From NCBI GenBank assembly GCA_030704615.1, contig CM060734.1, forward strand, positions 60,512,001 through 60,576,000: 64,000 bases of DNA, given 5' to 3'. This stretch comes from Takakia lepidozioides (lineage: Eukaryota > Plantae > Bryophyta). Below, piece after piece: positions 11,549 to 24,670 of the stretch. A program made the translations under genes and the position numbers. The notes beneath the pieces are model-generated. The model made no database searches. It was not told the origin of the DNA and was given only the letters and a program-made list of their open reading frames with translations. Numbering within the stretch: position 1 is the stretch's first letter; every line of letters begins with the position of its first letter.

Positions 11549-13112
11549 TTATGATTCCGTGAGCTTTCCCCCCTTCTGTTTGAGCTGATCACGTTCAATC
11601 AAGTTCACCTCCTCCAGGCCGTGTACGATGTTTCTTACATTGGCAACGTTTGAGCCTTCGGGCGCACTGCAATTGCCATCTTGGGGCCGTGCTTTCCCTT
11701 CTTTGGGGGAACTTTTGCCATCTTCCTGTTTGTCTGAGCTTTCCTGCGGCACATTCTGTTTGACATCACCGGGTGCACCTGGAAAAGCAGGGGCTGATGA
11801 CGAACTCAGGGTGACCGTCAAAGGAGCTCCAGTCGGCAGCTCCAGAAACTGCATGAAGAGCACGTTGTTGTGTCTGGCACATCATTGGCACAGCAACGAT
11901 AGAGATGAGTTTCGTGGTAGGTAGTAATCCAGCAGTTCTCAGATACATTTCAAAACAATGTAATGCATAGAATACTGTTTCCCTCAGTTCCTCCCCTTCC
12001 TGAAGGGCATTTCGTGGCTCAGTCATCACTGTACAAAATCGGCCGCCGAGCAGAAGATGTGTATATATATATCTAGACACATTATCAGATGCGCATGTTC
12101 AAGTTGACACACCTTACGAAAATTTCATCCAGAATTTCCGCACCGAAGTCTTCATCGTCCTTTATACGCTCCTGCGCTTGAAGTAGCTGTGCAAGGCCAC
12201 ACCAAGGTCGTGCTCATATTTATGCAGACGTTAGTTATAGCGCCTCAGCACACCACAATACTTAACTAGTGGCAACAACTCAACTCCAATGTTGAAATTG
12301 ATGTCCGATGAAGTTAGGAAGAAATTGAACAAGATGAACTTGCCTGCAGGTTCATGCGCGTGTCCGTAGACTGCAAGTAACCTGTCAGAGTCCCCAATCC
12401 CGGACCATCAAGAGGAGGAAAACCGTCAAAAGCATGTCCGCGTGATCATGCAGTGGACATCCCACATCCCCGCAATAGAGTTTCAAAGTATGAATCATTC
12501 TACCTGTACATAGTAGACATTCCAATCCCCCGACCGTCAAGAATGTCCATGGATGCAGAATCCTCCTGGGAATAAAGTTTCAGAATTCATATGGAGTAAT
12601 ATTTGTGTAGCCTCAGTAGTCTAGGTAAATACTGTCAACACAGTATAAGAAGCTGCATCGAACTGGGGATCAGTCAATCAGCGTGAATCAAGTACCGTAT
12701 GCAGAGACGGGCCTGGACACGAAACATGACTCCTTTGTCTACTTCTAACGTAGTATTCAGACTACGTAATTATTCGCCATGCATGCAACATTTAGATCTA
12801 TCGTCTTGCCAATATTGTAGATTCTGGCCGGGAAGAGTGGCTCACCTTTGTACGTATTCCCCCACTTGAGCCTCACGGAGACAAATTTTCCTACACATTC
12901 CTCGTATAACCAACTCAGTGGGGGTTTCACCTCAACTCGTTCCAAATTACACTGGCCCGCCTGCATGCACAAAATTTACATGTCATCAAGCTGGAACTTC
13001 TCGATCTGTGACCTAGATAGCCAACAAATTACGTGCGCTCTACTAATATTTGATGTCGAATGTTCACAGATTTTTCCAGAATTACCTCCGTATCAAGAGC
13101 AAGGATGGCCAT
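11549..13112 (-). CDS. Divergent SmF-like snRNP core protein with a ~95-aa C-terminal extension (~192 aa)
   Basis: Phase-compatible exons 13112-13086, 12960-12846, 12381-12344, 12186-12113, 11873-11549: MAILALDTE|AGQCNLERVEVKPPLSWLYEECVGKFVSVRLKWGNTYKG|YLQSTDTRMNLQ|LLQAQERIKDDEDFGAEILDEIFVR|HNNVLFMQ... LKWG and R.NNVL are SmF hallmarks. Intron 3 has a CAG|GCAAGT donor. Confidence 0.85.
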
Positions 13113-14164
13113 GGGATTCTCTCCCACGTTAGAAACAAGATAAGTGTCCGTGGACATGGTGACAAGTGAAATGAGCGAGTCCCAAAGTGTGAGCGAACAA
13201 GTGTGCAGTGCAGGAATGCAGCAGAGTCACTGGCAGGCCTGCCTCACTATCCAACTCGCAAATACACAAAACACCAAAGCAACAAACATCGCAGGAGAAA
13301 TCAAGCCGATTGATCGTCGACAGTCTGACACCGTTAGATCTATATTTGGCGCGTACGCAACGACTGGCGTTGGATCTGGCGGGTACTGGATCTGGACATG
13401 GGTTCAAACTCCAAACCCAAAATTAAAATATATATACCATGCTTACCTAGATTATTAGGCACTTCCGCGCCTAATAATTAATAAAAAAAGAATATATTTA
13501 GGCAGACTCGTTTTTATTATTTAGGCACCTCACCTAGGTAAATTCCAAACATTAGGCATGTATTACAGTCGACCATGGATAAATGTTACCTACTTTTTGT
13601 TATGTCACCCTTAATGTGATGATATCTTTGGTCTGTAAACATTTACACTTGAAAATGGCATGACTAGAGCGTTACTTGATATGTGTTATGAAAATATGGC
13701 TCTCCTCTTTGTTAACACACCTCCATAGTTGCTAGATCTTATGTTGAGCCTTAATATAGTTCGTTGAGAAAACATTCATCCACTCTTATCAAGGATCTAC
13801 GGTTCTTATCCAAAGGCACCACGTCCATAACAAAATAACATAAGCTTAATGAACAATTGTTTTTTACCTCCCTCAAAAACTATTGTTGAGGTAATTGTAG
13901 GCATTTTTTATTTTATTTTTTTAAAAAGAAACCTGGGAGCGACTCCTCACAATTCAGGTCCTTGAGGAGGGGGAAAAATTAACTCCCTTTCAGATAAGAC
14001 ATTAGGCACACATGTGGGAAACGTCACCACCAGACCAACCGGTCACGAACAATCCACACACTAAGCAGGGCAGCGGGTTTTGAACTCTGAACTACCAGGG
14101 CGACACACTGTGCACTTACCAGCTGATGTATTTTTGCCATTTTTTGGACATTAAATAATATAAT

Positions 14165-17100
14165 TTAGGCATTTTTTGGACATTTTGGTATTTTTTTCAC
14201 AGTTTTGATGATTGTGAATACCCGACCATATCCTGGATCGGGCACTTCCGTGGTGCTTCCAACACGAGCTTGGAGCATTCTTGCGGACTCCACTTTGCCA
14301 AAGTGTTCAGCGGTTGGAGGGAAACGCCGAACGAGTTTTCCATCTCGTTTGGTTGGCCATAAGTCAGGATTTGCCGGGGGGACCCAGGAGGACGCAGAAG
14401 TAGTAGCACATGCATGGAGTTGGGGTTGTCTCGCAAGGGAAAAGCCTTCCTCCTCCAGCATTTCAATCTCCTGAAATCCGAGATGAGTTCACACCTTCAC
14501 GGGCCAAACGGTTGGAGGAGATGGCTTCATCACTACGGAAGGACGCACAGTTCCATGCACACATCTGGCACAATCATCTGCGCAGAACCAGAACTTGTGG
14601 TTCTTGGCTTCTGGTTGACCGTATGGACGCATCAAACCCGTGAAAGTCGGAGCAGGAGTTCGGGCACACCTCTGGATATAGAGATGAAGTGCACTTCTCG
14701 AAATTAGTTGCCTTGATCGTTGTACATTTCACACGAGACCCTGCACTTGTGCGTTCTATGTGTCAAACGTGGTCGGGGCATGCGGACTCAAGCACATCAA
14801 GGGGGTTGTTTCTCTCCTGCACCATTTCAGTGGCACTGTTTGATGCTGGAGTTTGCCGTCGTGTTGGAGGTTCCGGACATGGAGCTGTCATGCAGGGGAA
14901 CACAAGGCTTCGAGAAGTTATCATGGTCTGCCCTGTGCGAATCGGAATCCGAACCAGGTGGAGTGTTCAATTTCCTCTTACAGGAGCCGAATCTCTCCTC
15001 CCCTTCAAGATGTGGAACTCTAGAAACAAGTGGCATTCCTTGGGCATACATGCTCACCGCCCGTGCTATATTGATTAGATCCCCAGATCTGTTTGCAGCA
15101 CGCAACATTGACTCCCATTTGTCCGGACCCCTGCCACCAACCCCACCTCGCAAGAAATCACGGTATCGGGTTTGTTGTTGCAAGGCACGTATCAAATCAT
15201 CTGTTGTTGCCACATACAAATCCCGACCTCGTTTCCCAGACTGCTACAACCATGCGTTGTGCACAATTTTTGCCAAATTGCAAGATGGCATGTCCGCCAT
15301 TTCCTCAATGGACATGTTCTGCAAAGTGGAGAACCACACTTCAAAACAGTGAACAGGAAAAAAAAATAAAGAAAGCGATGAGACAATAAAATGGAAAGTA
15401 AATGTATGAATAAAGCAAGAAATATAAGCCTCGTACCACTGCCATGGCTACTCCCCACTGTCTATACCGGAAGTGCCAAAACGCCAGCCAATCTTCCAAT
15501 GCTCTCATACTCTCAAGTGATGCAGCTCCAGAAGAGAACCACAGGCACGAATTGTCTGGAACAAAGTGTCGCCTCCTCATTGTTCTAGCATCTTTGTACT
15601 CTTTGCACAATTTACGGTGCTGAGTCTGCAACTCTGGTTTGATGTCCGACTTTGTATGTTTTTCCAGAGACTGTGTCTAATGGAATAGACATGTACGCTC
15701 TCTTCCTCGCATTGGCACTTTTGGGTCGCCCGATCCGAAGACAATACGAACAGCATTGAAATTTGCTTGAGCACTATCCGCCATGAAACCTGCGAAATTT
15801 GGAGATGGCACCCCATGGCAGCCCATGACACGTATCAGGGAATTCCACATGAGCTTCTGGGATTCCGTATCCTCGGATTGCATGTTACAAACTGCAATTG
15901 TCATAACTCGTTGGTACACTGGATCATAGACATGACAAGTCATTGTCGTGCAATCCTTCACTCATTTCACATGATTAAACATAAGAAAACAGTTCTGCAA
16001 GTCCCCAGTCTTCTGCATCCGCTTCACGAGGCTAACCCCACTGCCCTCCCCTAACAGTCGAATTTTGAAAAGAAAAAACTTTGATGGCCCTTGACCTGGG
16101 AATACATTGTCTGGATGTAATCGTACTTGCTCACTCGTTTCAACTCCAAATGTTGTCTATGTAGCCTCCGATACCAGAGCCCATTCTCAATGCATTGATC
16201 TGATGCGAATGTTAGGTGAACTCAAAGTGGAGAAATGATCCATGACCAGGTCAAGCTGCACCGTCAAGTTTAGTCCCACAGAATCCCCTTCACTCAAAAT
16301 ATGGCTTTCCAAGAAGGACTTGCTTGCGCTAAGAGCAATTGCAGATGTTGTTGCAGATGGGTTTCTGCAGAACTCCTGTTTAATCAACCTTGATACTGTC
16401 TCAACATTCTCCTGTAATCCCCCTTCGAGACAGGATGGTTATGGAATCCGAAATGCACAAAGCTCTTGTCATGTTTCAAACGGTGGACAATATAGTACAT
16501 TCTTGCTCCGCAGAGCGCCAAGCAGAATGGCACAAGTTTGCAGAATTTGCAGAGACGAAAGTGTTTGCCGGTGGTGGGCAGTCCCAGGCTGAGATGGATT
16601 TTCCGCCAAACCCTCCTATTCGCTTTGATTATGAACCCAGACTGAAGAAAGTGTTGCAATTCAAATTATCACACCTAAGGTGTCCATTGCAAACTGTTCT
16701 CCTGAAAACAAGCTTGTCATCATTCTGAATATTGGATTTTTTGTTCTGCATCACGAGTGCCCGTCGTGTTTCTTGTCCATTCCATGCATCATGATTGTTA
16801 CACCTCCAGCTCGCGGAGGAGGAGGCAGCTCGAATAGGATATCGCCATCAAAAGTCTCTGGCAAGAACTTCACAGGCACCTGCTTAAAGATTCCCAATCA
16901 ATTCCTCGCAACTCACTTTTGAATCCAGCCATTCCTCCCATCGACCGTAGTTTTGGAATGACATTACAAATCTCTTCTTCATCAACTTCTCCAACCACAG
17001 TAGGAAGGGACTAGATTTGGAATTTCACTTATGTCATCATCGGACGAATCCGAAAGCTCAACGATTGGAGTGGAGGACATCTGTTCTTTTTTCACCACCA

Positions 17101-17425
17101 CCTCCCTCTTGTCTTCACCGACGAGCAGCAGTCCGGGCGTCACATATGATCCAAGGGACTTTCGCCGGGCTCTCCAAGTACTCTGTATCGACCAGGGGCG
17201 CACTCTCCACTGGCTGACATGAGCCGTCTCATCACGGTTTGGAAAGAGTATTTCAACAACTTCCCTTTCAATCGTAACCTCTTCTCCAAAAAGATGGAGC
17301 CATTCTGAAGCTGAAAACGGGTAGCCAAGGACATGTTCCAAACAATGCAAATCTATTGTCAAGGACTTCCTGGGAGAACCGGCACTGGTTTGTGTCAGAG
17401 AAGAACTCGCTTCAGAGGAAGCCAT
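14165..17425 (-). pseudogene. MULE-type DDE transposase, inactivated
   Basis: Zn-finger region CKFC..C...C.ARMYY...HNHP; MFNHVK* (D to N); GFMADSAQANFNAVRIVFG; RTCLFH; CNLAKIVHN (E to K); Cys-rich C-terminus; many stops. Confidence 0.8.
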
Positions 17426-18178
17426 CTTCCTTCTTCGAGTATGTTGATACCTTGCTATCGCGGGACCTTCAGTGTAAATCGGTTTACTGATGTCTCAGAA
17501 CACAGTTGAAGAAGAGCAGAGAATATGGCGGAGGAAGCTCAGACGACGACTGTGCATTATTCTGTTATTCCTTCCAGATATGCAGCCGTCCATTTTAATT
17601 AATTTTTTTGGGGCCCATGTGGTCAGAGTATCCCTAGGAGCATGTCGGCAGCTGTTAAACCGTTGTTAATCAGAACCTCATCAATAAACACAATAACAAG
17701 CGACATTCTGGAAGCATGCCACATGATCGATCTGAAGGGTGGGATTGCAGAAAGTAAGACATCTTTATACTACTAGCAATGATCATGCGCACCTGGAAAG
17801 TTCAAAATGTGAAACGAACGTGGGGTTGGGCTAACAAGGATGAACGTGTATGATATCCCAAAATTTGTCATCAAACTCTCATTCATTTACATATATTTGT
17901 CTAAGACTGTGCGCCAAGATTTCTGGGATTCGCTGTTATTTTTAAATATTGAAACCGTTCTAATAAAGAACACGCCGACACACGTCAAATATCGATAACT
18001 ATATTGAATACGAACAGCTGTACACTAATTGCTGGCATGTGCACTAATAAGGGAATGACTATGTGTAATGGTCACGTGAGAGGAAATCCGATGCTTCTAG
18101 AGACAAGCCACAACGCACGCAAGCCCGCAAGTAATCGGGAGTCACTTCGTTTTTCTACTTTTCGCGCTTAGAGGGAGA

Positions 18179-21100
18179 GTGGTAGTCAAGCTGGAGAGGG
18201 TTCCTTCTACAATACGAAAGAGAAGAAAGTCTCTTTATTTTACTTCCCTTAGAGAGAGACGCAGAGCAAGAGAGCAAATAACGAGGCGTCGTTTGTTGGA
18301 GAACACTGGGCCAAGGCAGCAGGTGAACGCGGAGACTGATTCACAAGAGCAGACCGAGAGTGAGGCAACGGCTGTGACACAGTCGGCGATAACAGTGCGC
18401 GTTGGAAACCAGCTTGTGGATGCAGAGATGATTCGCAGGGAAACTGAAGGAGGTGGAAATACGGGGAACGCTAAACCGGGAGAAGGTCCAGAAACCCTAG
18501 AGCAGACAACAATTCCAGCAGATGTGAGAGGGAAGAGGAAAGCTGCAGAAAGGGATCCAATTTCAAAACCTAAGAAGGCGCCAGTAAGTTTTATCTAACT
18601 TCCATTTCATTGTTGAAGATCTGCGTAGAGATTGAGTGGAATGTCCCAGAAAGGGATTGTCGCTATCGACCATCACCATAAAACAACGGTGATTTGCTTT
18701 CTACTCCTCTGTTAAGGGTTTTCCGCACAATGAGTGGGTGACTGATGGTACCGTCATTCACTGTTGTTCAGATCATACAGTCTGTCTGATTGCCTTTCAA
18801 GCAGTCCTTCCTCTTCCCTTCTTAAGCAGGAACATGTGATTGAAGTCTGCTGAATTGCGAGCGTCGTAAACGCCATTCGATTCTCCTCATGAGATTTATG
18901 TACCTATGTGTTTGAAGAGAGAGTGAGGGTCGGCATATTCAGTCATATTGTTTTGCAATGCATTTTCTTTGTTTGAGGTTGAACAGATAGAGAAGTGGAA
19001 AGGCGGTACCGCCAATCAAAGATTTGAAGACCATACTGTGGATTCAGGTAGAGTATCAATTGGAAAGTACTCTCGACATAGACAAGAAACAGTGAATGCT
19101 TGCGACGTTCATCACAATGGAGTCAATCTGAATAATCTGCACTTACTGTCCGCCCTAAACTATACCGAGTGTCGTTGCCGCCAATCACTTACACATATAG
19201 GTCATTGCACAACACCGATCCGGCAAGTCCCGCTCTTTTGTGATTGTCGTTAACGCCGTTCGCTCTTGCTCGAAACCTTTCTGTTCCTGTGTCCCTAGAA
19301 TCATAGTATTTTGTTTTGAATTCGGCAGGATCAGCTTTGCTTGTGTAGATGGTTCTGAATTTGTTTCACACCATTCATTGTGAGTTGAGACGAGACAGAG
19401 TGATGGTCGTTACCGCCGTTCACTATTTGCACATTACTCAGTCAGATTTGAATGGCATCGTGCAAAAAACTGTGAGGTCCAAGCCTACAGGATCAGAGGG
19501 GAAAGGATATGGAGATGGGGACGAGTCTGGAAAAAGTTCAGAGAATAGCGATGAAGCAGATGAATCTGAAATGCACTACCTTGACTAGGTGAAAGAACTC
19601 ATGTCATTCCAGAAGGTAAACTCTCAGGAGGTTATAAGGGACATGCTCGTATCTGGAGGGCGTCTGGACATCCCTCTATGCCGGATGATATCTATGCCTG
19701 TTGTGCGTCCACCTCTTTCCCATGACATAACAAAATTGGAGAGTGATTTTGTGCATGGATACAGACTTGGTGCAAAAGTTTTTTATGTGTCACTGACGGA
19801 TACAAATGGGAAAAGTACATTAGTGTCTCCAGAGATCAGTGATACCTAGGATGAGTGCTGGAAAGATGCTAATGAGGAGTTCGAGCTGGTCCTCATGATG
19901 GGAAAGAACACCCAGCAATTCTGCAACCGCATGTTCTACGTCTGGGACGGCAACCACTGATTGCTGGCATGAATGGGATACATTCAGAAACATCATGCAA
20001 AAGACAGAGACAAGCATGTTGCTGTGGAGACAATGGTTTTGGATCCTGGAAACGACATCGCTAGGCTTCTTACAGCTATGCACGACATAAGTCATCCTAG
20101 AGACTTCATTCCCTCTGTAGTGTCTTGTTAATCCCAAAAAAACAGTGTTAAGGAATGCAATGTTTCCAATGTTTTTGCAGATCGACAGAGAAATTGAATG
20201 TGACAACAAGCTTGGTCCACACACTATTCCGAATTCAGAGGATTGGTCTGATGAAGCTGGATGATTTTCGGACAGTACTCCACCCCAATATAATCAAGAA
20301 GTGCGAAACAGGAAGAGCTGCAGGCATTTGGTATTCTTTGACTCGAGAGGCATTTCTGGAGTACATGTATGCGGTAAGCCCAAGTCTGTACTCAGTTTAG
20401 TTTTCGAATACACATTTGTAGTTCCTTCGGTGCTAATTACTATTTGAATCAATGCAGCAAGAACTGGCAGAGGCAGATGGGAAGGGAAAATCCGAATATT
20501 ACCGCACTACACCAGAGGAACTAAGGACATCAAAGGGTGTGGAAGCAGCAATAAAGAAGGAGTCTGAAATGCGAAGAACCAAATTGATGTCCGCCTTCGG
20601 AAAGCAGCTTAGAATAGTAGATCCTGGACTTGGTTCTGAGTTCCTTCAGCAGATCCAATCTCACTATGACAAGCATGTGCATCCGGAGATGCAGTAGGAG
20701 AAATTGCACCGGCTAGCCATATCCATGGTCGACCCACAAACAAAAATAAGGTGGCTAGAGATATGGAACTCAGATCAGACAGTAAAGGACTTGAATCAGT
20801 TCCCAAAGAGCACCATACAGCCTGGCACAAAGGTGGAAGGAATCAGTGATTTGGTGTTTGATAACTGGCTCCACAAGGCTACATTTTGGAGTCAGGTGTG
20901 TATTCAAATAAGCCGTTTTTTTTTTTTTCAATTATGTGATGAGTATCTTATTTGCAATACTGACAAATATACAATTTGCAGCTCGAAAAGCGCGCCGTCA
21001 TTGTGCTGGATCAGACTTTGAAGGACTTGAACATTTCGATTGTTTCCCCTCCCCAAATGTCATTGGAGGCATACATAAGGAAGTGGAGAGGTCTCACCTG

Positions 21101-24100
21101 GAGATACTGTTTTTTCCGGGAGTTCTCCAAAGATGGTAACATTTTACGGTCCAACAACTGTGACAGTCAGGTTGGAGGAGAGTGGGCCATGATGCAAGTT
21201 GTGTACAGGTGCAATATCATACTGGAAACTCTACTGCACTTTTTGGGAAATAATTAGGCTTCATAAGGATTGTAATCATATATCCAAATTGAATGTTGTT
21301 GACGACATTCACTTCTTTGTCTGAGTCATTCTTAAGCGAGAATTTGAATTCACCTGGATTAGGAGCTTAGGGTGTATTTATAGTGTCCCTGATTAGAATT
21401 GATAATGTCCCTGAATGGCGTTGACGACATTCACATCCAGAGTTGTTAAGAGGTCCTCAGAGATATGGAAGTTTTGTAATGTCCATAGAGTTTACAGTGA
21501 GGGTTCCTCACTCCAGTTTGCTGAATGTCAATGCAGACATTCAGTTGTTCTGCAATGCTTTTGCCTCTTGCGAGAAATCTTGAGGCTTGATTAGCTGTGT
21601 TATCCTAGATCCAAAGTGAATGTCGTTGACGACATTCACTTCTATGTCTGTGTCATTCACCAGCGACAATTTGAATTTACATGGATTAGGAGCTTAGGGT
21701 GTATTTATTGGTTCCTTGTTCGGAATTTTGTGAATGGCGTTGACGCCATTCACATCCAGTGTTATTATGAGGTCATCAGTGTTATGTACGTTTTGAATGT
21801 CCATTGAGTTTTTAGGGAGGGTTCCTTACTCGAGTTTCTGAATGTCATTGCCGACATTCAGTTTCCATCCAATGATTTTGCCTCTTTTGAGAAATCATTA
21901 GGCTTGATTAGCAGTGTATTCACAAATCCAAAGTGAATGACGTTGACGACATTCACTTCTATGTCTGTGTCATTCCAAAGTGAGAGTTTGCATTCACGTG
22001 GATTAGGGTGTATTTGCAGTATCATTGAATGGAATTTTTTGAATGGCGTTGACGACATTCACATCCAGAGCTGTCGTGTGGTCCTGAGAGCTCCTTGGAG
22101 CAGTCTTGGGATTTATCTCTTGTTTAACATGTACACGAAATATGTGCTTATGGAAGGAAATCACCTGAGCGGTATTCCAGACTATCTTGACATGTGGTCG
22201 GACCCAGCAAACGATCCAACCATGTATACTGCAAGGATATTGAAGGACTAGAGTCCTTCTCACTTCAGAGACTGTGGCTGGTACCTTGACTGCCCACCGG
22301 AGCACACGACCTTTCAAGAACAACACATGAAATATTTGAACAATAATGCTGAGATGCTGGCGCCTCTGACTAACGAGCAGTACCAAAGAAACATAGCAAC
22401 ATTGGCTGCCAAGGAGCTTGATGCTCAGGGAACGCCGCAGAAGGGAAAGAAAGCGGGCCGCAAACCAAAAGACAAGGCTCCTGATGTCATAGCCATCTCA
22501 CCAGCAAAGCCAAAGGACAAAGACAAGTCCAAAGAGAAGGAGAAGGAAAAGGACAAGGGGAAGGAGAAAGAAAAGGAGATGGAGAAGGAAAAGGAGAGTG
22601 GGCAGGACTTCACTGCTGGAAGATATACCCGCACAGTTCAGTGTGTGTTTGATGCCAAGCCACACCCTTCCCGTTCTGATTCGGCAGGAGAAATTAAAAT
22701 TGTTAATGAGGGTTGGCTGGCGATGATGCAGAGTCGAAAGAGAGGATACACTGGGGTGCCTTCGCCTACCTGGGACAACATAATCTCATTCCTCAATCTG
22801 GTGAGAATTCCAGTTTCTTTCTTTTTTCTCTGAAAGTTTCATTGGCAGTATTTCAGTCTAGTTCTTTGAAAACATTCTTGCCATCGTTCTTAAAATAAAC
22901 ATGTCTGTTGCAGGTGAGCACTGGTCCCACCTTCGTGTGCGGTGTGCAGAAAACATATGCGGCTGACATTGTCATTCTCGACATCCCGGATGGCCAGGCT
23001 GTGCCAGAAGTTCTTCCAAAGGGCAAGACGCCAGGCTGGAACAAATTCGAGGACAACTACTGGAGTTGGGTGTTCGGGTTCTGTAATAATTTCCTCTCTG
23101 ATGCAGGGACACTTCTGTTTTTTCAGTCATGTGACAAAGATAGTCGTCGGGCATTGGCATCATACCTAAAGTCTTCAGGGTTTGAAGTTTTGCGCACATG
23201 GAATTGTGTGAACAGCCTCTACCTTGTGAAAGGGGGTTTCCCTGGTCAGCTGGTATGCCCTCTCCCTTCTGCTTGTGCTTTCATGATGAGTTTCAATGTT
23301 CTCTGTAGCTCCACTCTAGAAGAATCTGTCATGATCGACACCGATCATCACCGATTCGTGATAAAAATGATTGTTTTATGCTTGAGTTATGAATAGCCGA
23401 TGTACACACTTCCACTATAGATTGTGTTTACCACACTAACCTGCTATCTTTGGCAGACGAGGATGTTTGAGGCGATATGCCTGCGGAGGATGCACCTCAA
23501 AGACACCATCCTCCATCCGCAGCTTTGAGATTTCTGACCAGGGTTGTTTCGTCAACCCCCCCTATGAGCCGTATGTTGATGACATTTTGTACAACTTCAT
23601 GCAGTCTAGTCAGACTCTGAAGAGACCAGATGGCACTCCCTGGAGAGGTACAAAGGAAAAATCCCCAGCGTTCATGCATGCAAGGCAGGCGGAAGAAGCC
23701 TTTTTGGCATGGAGGGTGATTCTGACCTCTACAACACAGTGCTCATCCCTTTTTTGTCTGGCTCCACTTCAGGCACACAGACTGATCGGATTCAAATTCG
23801 AAATGATGACGATCCCAAAGATAAGCTGGTCGACAACAACTTTTCATGTGAGTAAGTGTTAAACCCACTTTGGGAGCCATACTCAATTTCTCAATAACAT
23901 CAAAGTTACAGTAATAACTTTTCAAGGCTGTCTTTCAGGAAAGGCAGCGGTGGATCATCAGGAGATACAATCATTTGTGGCGAGTCTGTTTTCGACAGCC
24001 CCCTTTCCAATTTTCTGCTTCCTGATTATGCCGAAGCAATGGCACTTCACGCGGCCGAGTCCCCATCCCCTGACTTTTTACTGCCCGGCCATAGGTGTAG

Positions 24101-24132
24101 CCAGCGTAGATCCGGAGTTCTTAAATACTTAG
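18179..24132 (+). pseudogene. Multi-exon gene with a ParB/Srx-like domain and a C-terminal beta-class N4C/N6A DNA methyltransferase-like domain
   Basis: DIPLCRM..VVRP...FYVWDGNH*LLA* (19946-19960); ADIVILDIPDG (22980-22994); FL.DAGTLLFF; WRGTKEKSPAFM; CKAGGRSLFGMEGD (~23680-23722); premature stops. Confidence 0.65.
21281..22085. repeat. Intronic higher-order tandem repeat (~320 bp x ~2.5) built from eight palindromes GAATGTCGT-TG-ACGACATTC
   Basis: Palindromes begin near 21290, 21412, 21521, 21614, 21729, 21838, 21931 and 22040. Confidence 0.9.
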
Positions 24133-24299
24133 ACTTAGATGCAGAGGAAGCGGGGATACATTGTACTGACTCTGAGTCAGACTGAACTATGTTCTTTTAA
24201 TATTCTGTTTCAACCTCTTTGGAAAACGTTGAATCCCCTTCCTCCACTGTAGTTGTTCCTTTGGAAAGAAAAATAATCAAAGAATCAACTACCATTTAA

Positions 24300-24670
24300 A
24301 TTGCAATATGTATGAATCCATCTCATAAACCTCCCTCACTCTTGTCATATCCATTGTGCTTTCATCTACAGTGTATTCATGCGTGCTCCATTCATGAATG
24401 TTTTCCTTTGTTCAACATCCATTGTACATTCATCCTCTGTACACTTTAATCCACCCCACAAACCTACCACACTCATGTCATATACGTTATGCATTCGTCT
24501 AAAGTTTTAGTCATGCATCTTCCTGTCATGAATGTTCTCCATTGTTCAACATCCATTATACATTCATCCATTTGACTCTTATCCATCCCTCATTCATCCA
24601 TCTACATTCAATTTTCACACTCATCCATCTGTTTATCATCCAACTGTACATTCATCCATCCTTTATTCAT
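24300..24670. repeat. Short tandem duplication and CATCC/CATTC-rich repeats near the right end of MULE copy 1
   Basis: Duplicated ...catgaatgtt...ttgttcaacatccatt.tacattcatcc at ~24393 and ~24527. Confidence 0.6.

Noticed and set aside
13443-13541. Small MITE or terminus of MULE copy 1
   Set aside because: Only 8-10-bp inverted repeats, no TSD and no matching end near 24.9 kb.
14065-14130. tRNA genes (also ~29366-29430 and ~38375-38432)
   Set aside because: Only degenerate A/B-box-like motifs and no cloverleaf; at most SINE heads.
21281-22085. CRISPR array
   Set aside because: Palindromic repeats are regular, but spacers are ~70-100 bp and repeat every third unit; eukaryotic intron; no cas genes.
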